Made by a program: the position numbers and the translations under genes | DNA from: an uncultured bacterium | GTDB lineage: Bacteria > Cyanobacteriota > Vampirovibrionia > Gastranaerophilales > Gastranaerophilaceae | Length of the DNA: 64,000 bases | Direction of reading: 5' to 3' | Assembly (NCBI GenBank): GCA_949300515.1 | Contig: CASGEP010000001.1 | Coordinates: 6,740 to 70,739, forward strand | The notes under the pieces: model-generated | Told to the model about the DNA's origin: nothing | Seen by the model: only the letters and a program-made list of their open reading frames with translations | The model's database searches: none | Part shown: positions 46,093-56,346 of the stretch, one piece after another | How positions within the stretch are numbered: the stretch's first letter is position 1 | Layout: each line of letters opens with the position of its first letter

Positions 46093-47660
46093 TGACAAAA
46101 GTAGTTTACAAACATCATCCCGCACCCTTATGGCTGGTTGCGCTTTCGATACTGTTGCCGACATCCTTTGCCTGTCTGGCAACATCAGCCACAAATGTTG
46201 CGATACCGCATATCTCAGGTTATTTCGGTTCGACCGTTGATGAAGCAAACTGGATAATAACATCCTATATGGTTGCAAACTCCTGTTTAATATTAATGTC
46301 GGGATGGCTTGAAAATGTACTCGGAAGAAAACGTTTTCTCAAGATATTTATAGGGATATTTACACTCGGCTCGCTTATATGCGCAATTGCGCCGAACCTC
46401 AACTCGATGGTACTCGGGCGGCTTATTCAGGGTATCGGAGGCGGCCCTATGACACCGCTTTCGCAATCCATACTGCTTAGCGCGTTTCCTTCCGACAAAA
46501 AAGGTATAGCAATGAGCCTGTACGGAATTGCTGTTATGGTCTTTGCGATTTTAGGACCGACATTTGGCGGATTTATTGTAGATAACGCGGACTGGCAATG
46601 GATTTATCTCGTAAATATACCCGTGGGGATTTTATCCGTATGTATGGTCCATACAAACATAGAAGAATCAGACTATAAAAGAGAAGCGAAGAAAGCGGAT
46701 TTCCCGGGTATGATATCCCTTGTCCTGTGGCTTTTATCCATGCAGATTGTGTTGGATAAAGGGCAGCAGTACAACTGGTTTGACTGTGCATGGATAAGCT
46801 GGCTGGCAGGGTTTTCGGTATGTGCACTGGCGTTTTTTATAATAAGAGAGCTTGAGAGCAGCGCGTCTCTTATCAATTTAAGACTGTTTAAAGACAGAAA
46901 CTTTTTAATAGGTACAATATTAGCTTCATCCGTTAATATGCTGGTTTTCTCAACAATTGTACTTGTACCGCAGTTTTTGCAAAATATGATGGGTTATACC
47001 GCAATTCTCAGCGGATATGCACTTGCTCCGCGTATTGTGTCATGTGTTTTAATGATGCTTGCAATAAATCATTTGATGAAAATTTTTGACAACAGAATAC
47101 TTATTGCTCTGGGGTTTTTGTTTTTAGGTATTTCAACTTTATTTTTTATAGACCTGAATTTAAGCATATCTTTTATTTATATCGCAATTCCACAGGTATT
47201 AATGGGTGTCGGTGTTATCTTAACTTTTATTCCCATATCCTCGCTTGTGTTGGGAACCCTGCCGAAATCCGAACTTACCAACGGCTCAAGTCTGCATAAT
47301 TTATGTAAAAGTACCACCACCGCAGTTGTTGCATCCGTTGCTTCCACGCTTGTTGCAAGGCATGCACAAATGCATCAGGTTTATCTGGTTGAAAATTTAT
47401 CAAATTTCAACACGGTCTTTCAGCAAAAATTTGCCGCACTTGTAAGCTCGTTTATGGCAAATGCCTCAAGTACATATGCAACAATTAAGGCTAATTCCTA
47501 CATGTATAAATCACTGCTCACACAATCGCGCCTTATGGCATATGTAGATGTATTTGAAACATTTGCACTGATTGCATTTCTGCTGATACCGCTTGCAATT
47601 CTCTTTAAAACTGAGTCAGGAGAAAAGAAAGAGTTAACAAACCAAACTCACCATATATAA
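46092..47660 (+). CDS. MFS DHA2-family efflux pump (EmrB-like)
   Basis: 522 aa, 14-TMS type. The start overlaps the emrA-like stop (TAATG). Confidence 0.85.
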   Translation: MTKVVYKHHPAPLWLVALSILLPTSFACLATSATNVAIPHISGYFGSTVDEANWIITSYMVANSCLILMSGWLENVLGRKRFLKIFIGIFTLGSLICAIAPNLNSMVLGRLIQGIGGGPMTPLSQSILLSAFPSDKKGIAMSLYGIAVMVFAILGPTFGGFIVDNADWQWIYLVNIPVGILSVCMVHTNIEESDYKREAKKADFPGMISLVLWLLSMQIVLDKGQQYNWFDCAWISWLAGFSVCALAFFIIRELESSASLINLRLFKDRNFLIGTILASSVNMLVFSTIVLVPQFLQNMMGYTAILSGYALAPRIVSCVLMMLAINHLMKIFDNRILIALGFLFLGISTLFFIDLNLSISFIYIAIPQVLMGVGVILTFIPISSLVLGTLPKSELTNGSSLHNLCKSTTTAVVASVASTLVARHAQMHQVYLVENLSNFNTVFQQKFAALVSSFMANASSTYATIKANSYMYKSLLTQSRLMAYVDVFETFALIAFLLIPLAILFKTESGEKKELTNQTHHI

Positions 47661-47773
47661 AGCTGCAAATTGCGCCGCAAACAGTCTTTGGCGGAAATAT
47701 TACTCTCCGGTTATCATATACAAACGCTTCAAATTGCGCCGTAAAGCAGAGTTAATACAATATTTAAGCAAGC

Positions 47774-48391
47774 TCACGACTGTGACTGTGTATCCTGCTG
47801 AACCGTGTTATCAGAAAACCAATCGATAAGGGCGCGTTTTTCTCCGAAAGTTATATTAAAAGATTTCTCAAACATCTCGCCCGTTAAAAAGTCATAGCTT
47901 GTATTAAATGCAAGGGGTTCTTCTTTAACGCCGAGTTTTTCAAACTTTTCCTGCGATACGACACTTTCACCGTCCTCAACGACGTTTGAATAGTTATATC
48001 CCTGAAAACAGCAAAAGGGAACTTTTATTTTGCCGTTTTTAGCCGTATACATTAAGCCAAATGCGCGGCATATAACTCCTCTGAAGTTATACACCGAACA
48101 TTCATCATTCAATAAAAACGGACAGTCATACTTGAATACATCGCCCCTAAACTCGCGTTTTTGTTTCTGTATGTTCTCAATATTTGCGGCAATTTGCTGT
48201 TGTTTTTCTAAATCCAGCTGCCATAGACCAATCATCAAATAATTAATTTCTGCCTGAGAATAGGGAAACTGAGCATTTTTACAGCACAGTGTACAGCCTT
48301 TTTTGCAGTGTATATAGGGTTTTTGCCTGTCAAAAAAACTGCTTAGTTTATCATTAACATATTCCAGATAAGAAAGATAATTATTTAACAT
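47774..48391 (-). CDS. YkgJ-family cysteine-cluster protein
   Basis: CKKGCTLCCKN (CxxCxxCC) and a second Cys cluster (CPFLLNDECSVY...CRAF). Confidence 0.7.
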   Translation of the reverse strand: MLNNYLSYLEYVNDKLSSFFDRQKPYIHCKKGCTLCCKNAQFPYSQAEINYLMIGLWQLDLEKQQQIAANIENIQKQKREFRGDVFKYDCPFLLNDECSVYNFRGVICRAFGLMYTAKNGKIKVPFCCFQGYNYSNVVEDGESVVSQEKFEKLGVKEEPLAFNTSYDFLTGEMFEKSFNITFGEKRALIDWFSDNTVQQDTQSQS

Positions 48392-48437
48392 ACTTCACTC
48401 ACAAATACATAATTGACATTTTATTTGAAACATTACG

Positions 48438-49469
48438 CTAAGAATTGCTGCTGCGCAAATTTAAGTTTTTTGCATAAAATTGCGTCAGCTTTTCAACGGC
48501 AGCATCAACATACTCGGGAACATAATACATCTCCACATGTGTTACATTTGGAATTATAACATATTCCTTTTCGCCGGAGAGTTTGTCATACGCTTCTTTG
48601 CTAAAGTAGGCGGATTCTGCTTTCTCTTCTACTATAAACAGTACAAGGCGGGACGATAGAAGCTCCGGTCTGTCAAATGCGCTAAATGCAGCCTGCCGGG
48701 CATAGTTAGAGAAAATATATTTATTTTGGGAGCGCGGGTGCTTAGCCTTCGACACTCTGTAATACTCGTATCCCTGACGATACATGGCGGGAGCATTTTC
48801 GGGTATTTCATCGTAAGAATTCGGAACATAACCCGAGTATTTAACAGACTCGCCGTCTGCCTCTTTTGTTCTCTGCTGCGCTGCCTGCTTTAATTTAGCC
48901 AGCCGCTCGTCAAGAGTCATACTGTCGCCGAGCCCCTGACGTCTTGCACGTCCGAGGTCAAAAGCGGAAACTGTTACAACGGCTTTTATTCTCATCTCGG
49001 TCTGTGCGGCATTAAAAGCATATCCGCCGCCCGCGCAAATTCCCAAAACTCCTATGTTGTCCACATCAACAAAAGAAAGTGTGGTTAAGTAATCAACAGC
49101 CGAGCGGACATCTTCAACTCTTGAGGCGGGATTTTCAAGGAAGCGCGGTTCGCCGCCGCTCACACCCTGATATGAGGCATCAAAAGCAAGTGTTACAAAA
49201 CCGTTTTTTGCAAGGTTTTGCGCATACAGTCCCGCAACCCGCTCTTTTACACCGCCCGCCGGATGAACAACAATAATTGCGGGATATTTCTTGTTAGAAT
49301 TAAAATCCGCAGGCTTGTACAATTCTGCCGCAATTTTAATGTTTGAATACGCCTGATTGTAATAAACTTTATCTTTCATAACGTTTTCCTTATCAACTTT
49401 AGCACAGGCAAACAGAGTGCCGTAACCTAAAGTACACAGAGTCAACTTGGCTGTAAATATTTTTTTCAT
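48438..49469 (-). CDS. alpha/beta hydrolase (dienelactone-hydrolase-like), probable lipoprotein
   Basis: Lipobox LFAC. Nucleophile elbow GICAGGG (Cys nucleophile, as in dienelactone hydrolases). C-terminal His (VTHVEMY). Confidence 0.75.
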   Translation of the reverse strand: MKKIFTAKLTLCTLGYGTLFACAKVDKENVMKDKVYYNQAYSNIKIAAELYKPADFNSNKKYPAIIVVHPAGGVKERVAGLYAQNLAKNGFVTLAFDASYQGVSGGEPRFLENPASRVEDVRSAVDYLTTLSFVDVDNIGVLGICAGGGYAFNAAQTEMRIKAVVTVSAFDLGRARRQGLGDSMTLDERLAKLKQAAQQRTKEADGESVKYSGYVPNSYDEIPENAPAMYRQGYEYYRVSKAKHPRSQNKYIFSNYARQAAFSAFDRPELLSSRLVLFIVEEKAESAYFSKEAYDKLSGEKEYVIIPNVTHVEMYYVPEYVDAAVEKLTQFYAKNLNLRSSNS

Positions 49470-49481
49470 AAATTCTCCCGC

Positions 49482-49952
49482 TTACTTCAGATTATCAAGC
49501 CACTTTGTAATCTCATCATCGGTTTGAGAGTTGCCTCTTTCATACACAACAAAGGAAGATAGCACTTTTGCTCCTTTTGCAAGTTTTTCCATATCTTTAT
49601 CTATTGTATATCCTCCGCCGCCGCCATGGGTAACAAAGGGGACAATTGTTTTACCCTCAAAGTTATTTTGCACTAAAAAAGTCATAACCGGCGGAGCCAT
49701 TGTATACCACCATGCCGGAGTTCCGACAAATACCACATCATACGGTGATACATCCGTATTATTTATCGGGGGATGAATATTTTTATCTTTTTGTTCTTTT
49801 GCAATTCCGTAGGCGGTTTCATTGTAATCTTGCGGATAGGGCGTAACAGGCTCAATTCTAAAGATATCGGCGCCTGTTTTAGTCTGTATTTTCTCGGCAA
49901 TTGATTTTGTGTTGCCGCCCCATGAAAAATAAACGAAATTAGAGATATTATT
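49482..49952 (-). pseudogene. flavodoxin-family protein lacking a start codon
   Basis: The frame is open from the TAA at 49953-49955: NNISNFVYFSWGGNTKSIAEKIQ...PYDVVFVGTPAWW...CTHGGGG-like. There is no ATG/GTG/TTG before the internal GTG at 49736. Confidence 0.6.
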
Positions 49953-50801
49953 TTAAGAAATATACCCGATGTCGGAAATTATCAGACCGCAATAAAAGGA
50001 GTAAGAATTGCAAGACGTGATAATCCAACAGAATTTTTAAGATGTTTTTACAACCCGAGCTGCATTCTTGTCCTGCAAGGTTTAAAACAAATGCTCTACG
50101 GGGATGAGAATTTATTGTATACAAAAGGTCAATACGTTGTTTCATGTACGGATATTCCGGTATCAAGCAGAGTTGTTAAAGCAAGCGAAAGAGAACCCTT
50201 TGTTGTTCTTATATTGGAACTTGACTCCAATATAATTTCAAATTTGATATTGGAAACAAAATTACCTAAAAATATTGACAGTGATGACAGGGCGCTTGCA
50301 ATAGCCGACACCGATGAGCAGCTGCTTGATTCTTTTTACCGTCTTGCCCTGCTTATTGAAAAATCAGAGTCCGAAAGACAGATAATGGCTCCGATAATAA
50401 TAAAAGAAATTTATTACAGGCTTTTAACAGGGCCTCTCGGCAATCAACTGCGTTTAATTAACACAAAAGGTACCCGCTCAAACCAGATATCACAAGTAAT
50501 TTCACTAATCAAAGAAAAATACAGCGAAAAACTCAATATGAATGAAATTGCAAAGCTTGTAAATATGGCTCCCTCGTCATTTTACAGGAATTTTAAAAAA
50601 GTAACACAGACAAGCCCTCTGCAATATCAAAAACAACTAAGACTAAATGAGGCACAGCGCCTTATGCTCACGGGCAAACACAATGCAGAGTCCGCAAGCT
50701 ATATTGTAGGCTACGAAAGCCCGACACAATTCAGCAGAGAGTATAAAAAAATGTTCGGAAATCCGCCAAAAACAAATGTAAAAAGTCTGGCAGCGGTATA
50801 G
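49922..50801 (+). pseudogene. AraC-family regulator (AraC_N-type ligand domain plus HTH), apparent +1 frameshift after the start codon
   Basis: The ATG at 49922 is out of frame by 1 nt with the open frame 49926-50801 (KINEIRDIIL...QGLKQMLYGDE... C-terminal HTH_AraC). Removing one A from the A5 run 49925-49929 gives MKINEIRD... Confidence 0.65.
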
Positions 50802-51002
50802 AGTTTAAATGTTACTATAAAGTATGGATATATTACATTTATGCCCTTGAGGCATAGAAGTTAATACAGCATAAGTATTTGATTTTTTAACAAAGAATGT
50901 AAATAATAGTATGGAACACAGACAATCAAGCGGCTGTAGCCGCAAACAGCAAAGATAAACTTGCAATCATAAAGCCGCTGTGTAAAAATCCGGACAAAAA
51001 AT

Positions 51003-51914
51003 ATGCAGCAAAAAAACCTGTATTTATATTGTAATATAGCTTTAATACTGACAGCGCTTATTTCGGGGCTGTCATTTGTCGCACAAAAACTCGGAATGCA
51101 CTATGTAGGTCCGTTCACATTTAATACCTTAAGGTGCTTTATCGGCGTTTTGAGCCTGCTTCCCGTGATGTACATTTTTAAAAAATTTGCGGCGGAGCAC
51201 ACAAAATCATATAACTCAAAAATACTGTTAAGAGGCGGAATACTGGCAGGAATTGTTATATTCTTTGCTTTTTCAATAAACCAGTACTGCATGATATACG
51301 CTGATGCGGGAAAAGCAGGGTTTATCACATCTTTGTATATAATTTTCGTTCCCATTATTGCAATATTTTTAAAACAAAGACTGCAAACAAACGTAAAAAT
51401 AAGCATTATTGTTGCACTTGCAGGCTTGTACCTTTTGTGTGCAAAAGAGGTAATGTCGTTTGCCATGTGGGATATAGGACTTTTAATCAGTGCTTTTTTC
51501 TTCGCACTGCACATAATAACCGTAAGCTATTACTCCAAAAGAGCCGATGCCGTAAAACTGGCGGCTGTTCAGTTTTTTGTGGCGGGCGTTTTATCTCTGC
51601 CTTTTATGCTGCTTATTGAACATCCAACTATGGAGTCAATTATTGCAGGCCGGAAACCTATTCTTTTTATAGGCATTATTGTAACAGGTGTTGCCTACAC
51701 CCTGCAAAACTATGGACACAAGGCGACAAAAGCTGTCCTTGCAACGTTGATTTTAAGTACCGAAGCGATTTTTGCAGTACTTGGCGGCGTGGTAATACTC
51801 GGTGAAACCCTTACAATAAAAGAAATATCGGGCTGCATTATAATGCTTGCAGCTATAATTATATCTCAAATTCCAAACAGTCGAAACTTGACAACCAAGG
51901 AGAATATCAAATGA
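51003..51914 (+). CDS. DMT/EamA-family transporter
   Basis: 303 aa, about 10 TM segments, two EamA-like halves. Confidence 0.8.
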   Translation: MQQKNLYLYCNIALILTALISGLSFVAQKLGMHYVGPFTFNTLRCFIGVLSLLPVMYIFKKFAAEHTKSYNSKILLRGGILAGIVIFFAFSINQYCMIYADAGKAGFITSLYIIFVPIIAIFLKQRLQTNVKISIIVALAGLYLLCAKEVMSFAMWDIGLLISAFFFALHIITVSYYSKRADAVKLAAVQFFVAGVLSLPFMLLIEHPTMESIIAGRKPILFIGIIVTGVAYTLQNYGHKATKAVLATLILSTEAIFAVLGGVVILGETLTIKEISGCIIMLAAIIISQIPNSRNLTTKENIK

Positions 51915-52771
51915 AAAATCAAATTTCAAACCAAACATTTGATGAAGAACGTTCTTTGTACAACATTAAAGACACCGAAGTCTTAAATTGCAAATTTGAA
52001 GGTCCCGCAGACGGCGAGTCCGTATTAAAGGAATGCAGAAATTTTTGCGTAAACAGATGTTCTTTTTCGCTTCGCTACCCCATATGGCATGCAAAAAAGT
52101 TTTTGCTGAAAAATTCATCAATGGATGACAAAACAAGAGCGCCGCTGTGGTATTGCAGGGACGGTGAAATAACGGACAGCAGCATAGGAGGAATTAAATG
52201 CCTCAGAGAATGTAAAAACATATCGGTAAACAACTGTCACATTATCTCGCCCGAATTTGGCTGGAGATGTAAAGATGTAAAAATAACTAACTCCACAATT
52301 GATTCAATGTATTTTCTTTTTGAATCCAAAAATGTCGATATTGAAAATCTTAATATGACAGGGAAATACTCATTTCAATATATGAAAAATCTCAAAATTA
52401 AAAATTCAAACCTCGATACAAAGGATGCTTTCTGGCACAGCAAAGATATCACGGTTGAAAACTCCGTTGTAAAAGGCGAGTATCTCGGCTGGTTCAGCAA
52501 AAATCTTACATTTATCAACTGCAAAATTATCGGAACACAACCCCTGTGCTACTGTAAAAATCTGAAACTGGTAAATTGCACCATGGAAGCTACAGACCTG
52601 TCTTTTGAATACTCGGAAGTTGAAGCGGATATAAAAGGACATATCGACTCTGTTAAAAATCCAAAATCAGGAACAATTGTGGCAGATTCAATCGGAGAAA
52701 TAATTCTGGAAGATGCAATTATGAAATGCGAAGGCAAAGTTCTGACAAGAGAGCAAAGCAGCATTGCTTAA
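51911..52771 (+). CDS. DUF3737-like beta-helix repeat protein
   Basis: N-terminus FDEERSLYN. Repeats of the form C/N-rich NxxIxNSxL suggest a parallel beta-helix. The family assignment is from memory only. Confidence 0.5.
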   Translation: MKNQISNQTFDEERSLYNIKDTEVLNCKFEGPADGESVLKECRNFCVNRCSFSLRYPIWHAKKFLLKNSSMDDKTRAPLWYCRDGEITDSSIGGIKCLRECKNISVNNCHIISPEFGWRCKDVKITNSTIDSMYFLFESKNVDIENLNMTGKYSFQYMKNLKIKNSNLDTKDAFWHSKDITVENSVVKGEYLGWFSKNLTFINCKIIGTQPLCYCKNLKLVNCTMEATDLSFEYSEVEADIKGHIDSVKNPKSGTIVADSIGEIILEDAIMKCEGKVLTREQSSIA

Positions 52772-52821
52772 ACAAATAAAATACGTACGCCAGCATAAAA
52801 AAGAAAGAGGCAGTATTACAG

Positions 52822-53664
52822 ATGAAAAAAATATTAACGTTGTTTTTGGCATTAATACTGTCGCAAAATATAATCTTTGCTGCAGCAGTGCAAAATGAGG
52901 ATAAAAACATGACAAGAACAGATATTTGTAAAAAGAATTATAAAACACTTTTTGGCGGCGAAGCGCTGACTCCGAAGGGCGATGACCCCGAGATGATGGC
53001 AATTTTGCAAAAGTACATCTTTGGCGAAGTCTTTACGGTCGGCGAACTTGATATTAAAACAAGAGAAATGATAACAGTTACCTCTCTGGCTGTTCAACAG
53101 ACACTCCCGCAGCTAAAAGCACACATCGGCGGAGCAATGAACGCAGGAGCCACTCCGATTGAACTCAGAGAAGCAATTTACCAGCTTGCACCGTTTATCG
53201 GATTTCCAAAAACCCTAAACGCACTTAGTGTATTAAACGAAGTTTTTAAAGAAAAAGGAATAGAAACACCCCTTAAATCAACCGCAACAGTCAAAGAAGA
53301 AGAACGCTACGAAAAAGGTTTTGCAATACAAAATCCTCTCTACGGCGATGAAATAAAACAGGTGTTAACAGGTCTGCCTGACGATATGGGTGCAGATGTT
53401 GCAAGATTTTTAACGGAAGTCTGCTTTGGTGATTACTACACAAGAGAAGGGCTTGATATCAAAACAAGAGAGCTGCTGTTTGTAGCAGCACTTGTAACTA
53501 CGGGTAACAATGCAACCTTAAAAAGCCACATCAGGGGCAATTTAAAAGCCGGAAACTCAAAAGAAACAATAACGGCAGCAATCATCCAATGCCTGCCTTA
53601 TGTCGGCTTCCCCAACACTATAGCCGCACTTAAAACACTAAAAGAAGTATTAAACGAAAAATAG
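52822..53664 (+). CDS. carboxymuconolactone decarboxylase-family protein (two CMD domains), secreted
   Basis: Signal peptide MKKILTLFLALILSQNIIFAAA. Two copies of the LDIKTRE...LKAHI/LKSHI...G.P CMD pattern. Confidence 0.78.
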   Translation: MKKILTLFLALILSQNIIFAAAVQNEDKNMTRTDICKKNYKTLFGGEALTPKGDDPEMMAILQKYIFGEVFTVGELDIKTREMITVTSLAVQQTLPQLKAHIGGAMNAGATPIELREAIYQLAPFIGFPKTLNALSVLNEVFKEKGIETPLKSTATVKEEERYEKGFAIQNPLYGDEIKQVLTGLPDDMGADVARFLTEVCFGDYYTREGLDIKTRELLFVAALVTTGNNATLKSHIRGNLKAGNSKETITAAIIQCLPYVGFPNTIAALKTLKEVLNEK

Positions 53665-53685
53665 TTTACACTTCTATATTATAAA

Positions 53686-53720
53686 AGGAGGCGATATTCT
53701 CGCCTCCTTGTTTGTGTTTT
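53686..53720. terminator. bidirectional rho-independent terminator
   Basis: AGGAGGCGA-tattc-TCGCCTCCT followed by a T-rich tract, between convergent genes. Confidence 0.8.
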
Positions 53721-53729
53721 AAATGCAAA

Positions 53730-54011
53730 CTATTTTATATTCTTATTAAAAAACTCGGTTAACTTTTCAACAACCTGCACTACAAACTCCGGTTTGTCAT
53801 ATAAATCAACATGCGTTGCACCGTCTATTGTATAGATTTCTTTCGGGTCTTTTGCCCTTTTATAAGCGTCTTCACTAAAGAATTTCGTATCGGCTTTGTT
53901 TTCGGGCTTAAAGATTAATCCCGCAATTTTTAAACCCGTTTTCATAAAACTAACTTTTTCACCTTCATAATAGTGAGAGTCGTTCATAAATTTTACATGT
54001 TCCGCTAACAT
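53730..54011 (-). pseudogene. internally deleted remnant of an alpha/beta hydrolase (paralog of 48438-49469)
   Basis: 93 aa. The N-terminal beta-strand region (LKIAGLIFKPENKADTKF) is joined directly to the C-terminal end (FSEDAYKRAK...GATHVDLYDKPEFVVQVVEKLTEFFNKN). The catalytic core is absent. Confidence 0.6.
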
Positions 54012-54072
54012 ATTTTTCTCCTTTTTATCAACAATTTTGATTTTAAAAATAAAATAAGGAAGGCGGCAAACA

Positions 54073-54765
54073 ATGACAAATACAAAAAACAATAAAACAT
54101 TAATCTATATACTAAACGGCAGCCCGAGAAAAAATTGGAATACCGCAAAAATGTGCGAAAGCTTTAAAAAAGGCGCACAAGACACGGGAATAAATGCTAA
54201 AATAATCAATTTATATGACTTAAATTACAAGGGCTGCTACAGCTGCTTTGCCTGCAAAGTAAAAAACGGTAAATCCTGCGGCAAATGTGCATATCCCGAT
54301 GAATTAAAAGAAATATTGGAAAAAGTATCCAACTCGGAAGGGCTTGTTTTTGCCTCGCCCGTATACTTTGGGGAGCTAACCGCACAAATGAGAGCGTTTA
54401 TGGAAAGACTGCTTTTTCCTGTGTATGTTTATGACAAAGCAGGCTCCAAAATTCCGCCCAAAAAACTTGAAACAGCGATTATCTATACTATGAACGTAAA
54501 GCCCGACAGATTTAACGACTGGTTTGTCGGAAAAGACAAGTCGGGGCCCTTAGGTTTATTTGAAAAATGGATAGAAATGACATATGAAAAACCCGAAATC
54601 CTCTGTGCCTATGACACTTTGCAATTCAGCGATTACGGCAAATATGTGGCAGATGTTTGGGATGTTGAAGAAAAAGAAAACACAACAGGGAAGAATTCCT
54701 CAAAGAGCTTGAGTCCGCATACAATGCCGGCGCAAAAATGGCTGAGAAAATTAAAGCAAAATTAA
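54073..54765 (+). CDS. flavodoxin-like NAD(P)H-dependent FMN reductase family protein, probable C-terminal frameshift
   Basis: LIYILNGSPRKNWNT and the Cys cluster CYSCFACK...CGKC. After the A5 run at 54671-54675, the -1 frame encodes a more protein-like tail ([31 protein letters not shown], stop at 54768-54770). Confidence 0.7.
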   Translation: MTNTKNNKTLIYILNGSPRKNWNTAKMCESFKKGAQDTGINAKIINLYDLNYKGCYSCFACKVKNGKSCGKCAYPDELKEILEKVSNSEGLVFASPVYFGELTAQMRAFMERLLFPVYVYDKAGSKIPPKKLETAIIYTMNVKPDRFNDWFVGKDKSGPLGLFEKWIEMTYEKPEILCAYDTLQFSDYGKYVADVWDVEEKENTTGKNSSKSLSPHTMPAQKWLRKLKQN

Positions 54766-55785
<1,020 letters not shown>

Positions 55786-55793
55786 GGAGAAAA

Positions 55794-55835
55794 CTTGAAC
55801 AGACGCGATTTTATTAAAAATTCAGCCTTTTATTA
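55794..55835 (+). pseudogene. orphan 13-codon ORF encoding a twin-arginine signal N-terminus
   Basis: A TAAGGAGAAAAC SD precedes the TTG at 55794. It encodes (M)NRRDFIKNSAFY then stop, a Tat motif RRxFxK with no mature domain. Confidence 0.4.
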
Positions 55836-56297
55836 ATCAAACAGCGATTTTTCAAGGTAAATCATATCCACAAGCTGTTTACTGTTTTCAAATATGGGGT
55901 GCGGATAATTATCAACAAAAAAATTCTTTACTCTGCGGGTTTGTCTAAACCCGCGCTTTTTATAGAAATTCAAAGTAATATCATTCTCGCCCGTACCGAG
56001 AATTACTTTTCTAAAGCTATCCTTATACTTATCAAATACAAAATTTAATAATTTTGAAGCATAACCCCTGTTTTGATATTTTGGATATGTGGCAAGATTT
56101 TTTATTTCAATTGTATCAGAGTTAATAATTACAAGAGCACAAACGGACACTAAAGCATTATCTTCATATAAAGCATAAAGCTTTGAGCACTCCAAATATT
56201 TGCCGACCATTAACTCGTCTTCATCACCGATTAACAGCAGCGGCATAAACTCTGCTTTATTATTTACCACTTCTCTTATTTCCATTATCGAGCCCAT
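55833..56297 (-). CDS. GNAT-family N-acetyltransferase
   Basis: Acetyl-CoA motif YQNRGYASKLL and overall GNAT length. Confidence 0.82.
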   Translation of the reverse strand: MGSIMEIREVVNNKAEFMPLLLIGDEDELMVGKYLECSKLYALYEDNALVSVCALVIINSDTIEIKNLATYPKYQNRGYASKLLNFVFDKYKDSFRKVILGTGENDITLNFYKKRGFRQTRRVKNFFVDNYPHPIFENSKQLVDMIYLEKSLFD

Positions 56298-56346
56298 TTT
56301 TAAAATATTTATCCATGATAGTATAAATCAAACGAGGATAGAAGCT

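Noticed and set aside
47701-47710. ACTCTCCG as a possible distal att copy of the tRNA-Ser(CGA) 3' end
   Set aside because: Only 8 nt match and no integrase or other mobile-element hallmark is nearby. This is insufficient to define island borders.
47666-47748. Direct repeat CAAATTGCGCCG(C/T)AAA(C/G)CAG, two copies 63 bp apart, downstream of the emrB-like gene
   Set aside because: The repeat is real but short (19-20 nt, 2 mismatches), with no associated structure or coding signal. It may be a leftover of local duplication. I cannot assign a function.
56200-56346. N-terminal extension of the OMF ORF
   Set aside because: It is antisense to the 5' part of the GNAT gene. The ATG at 56347 has an SD and starts a lipoprotein-like signal peptide.
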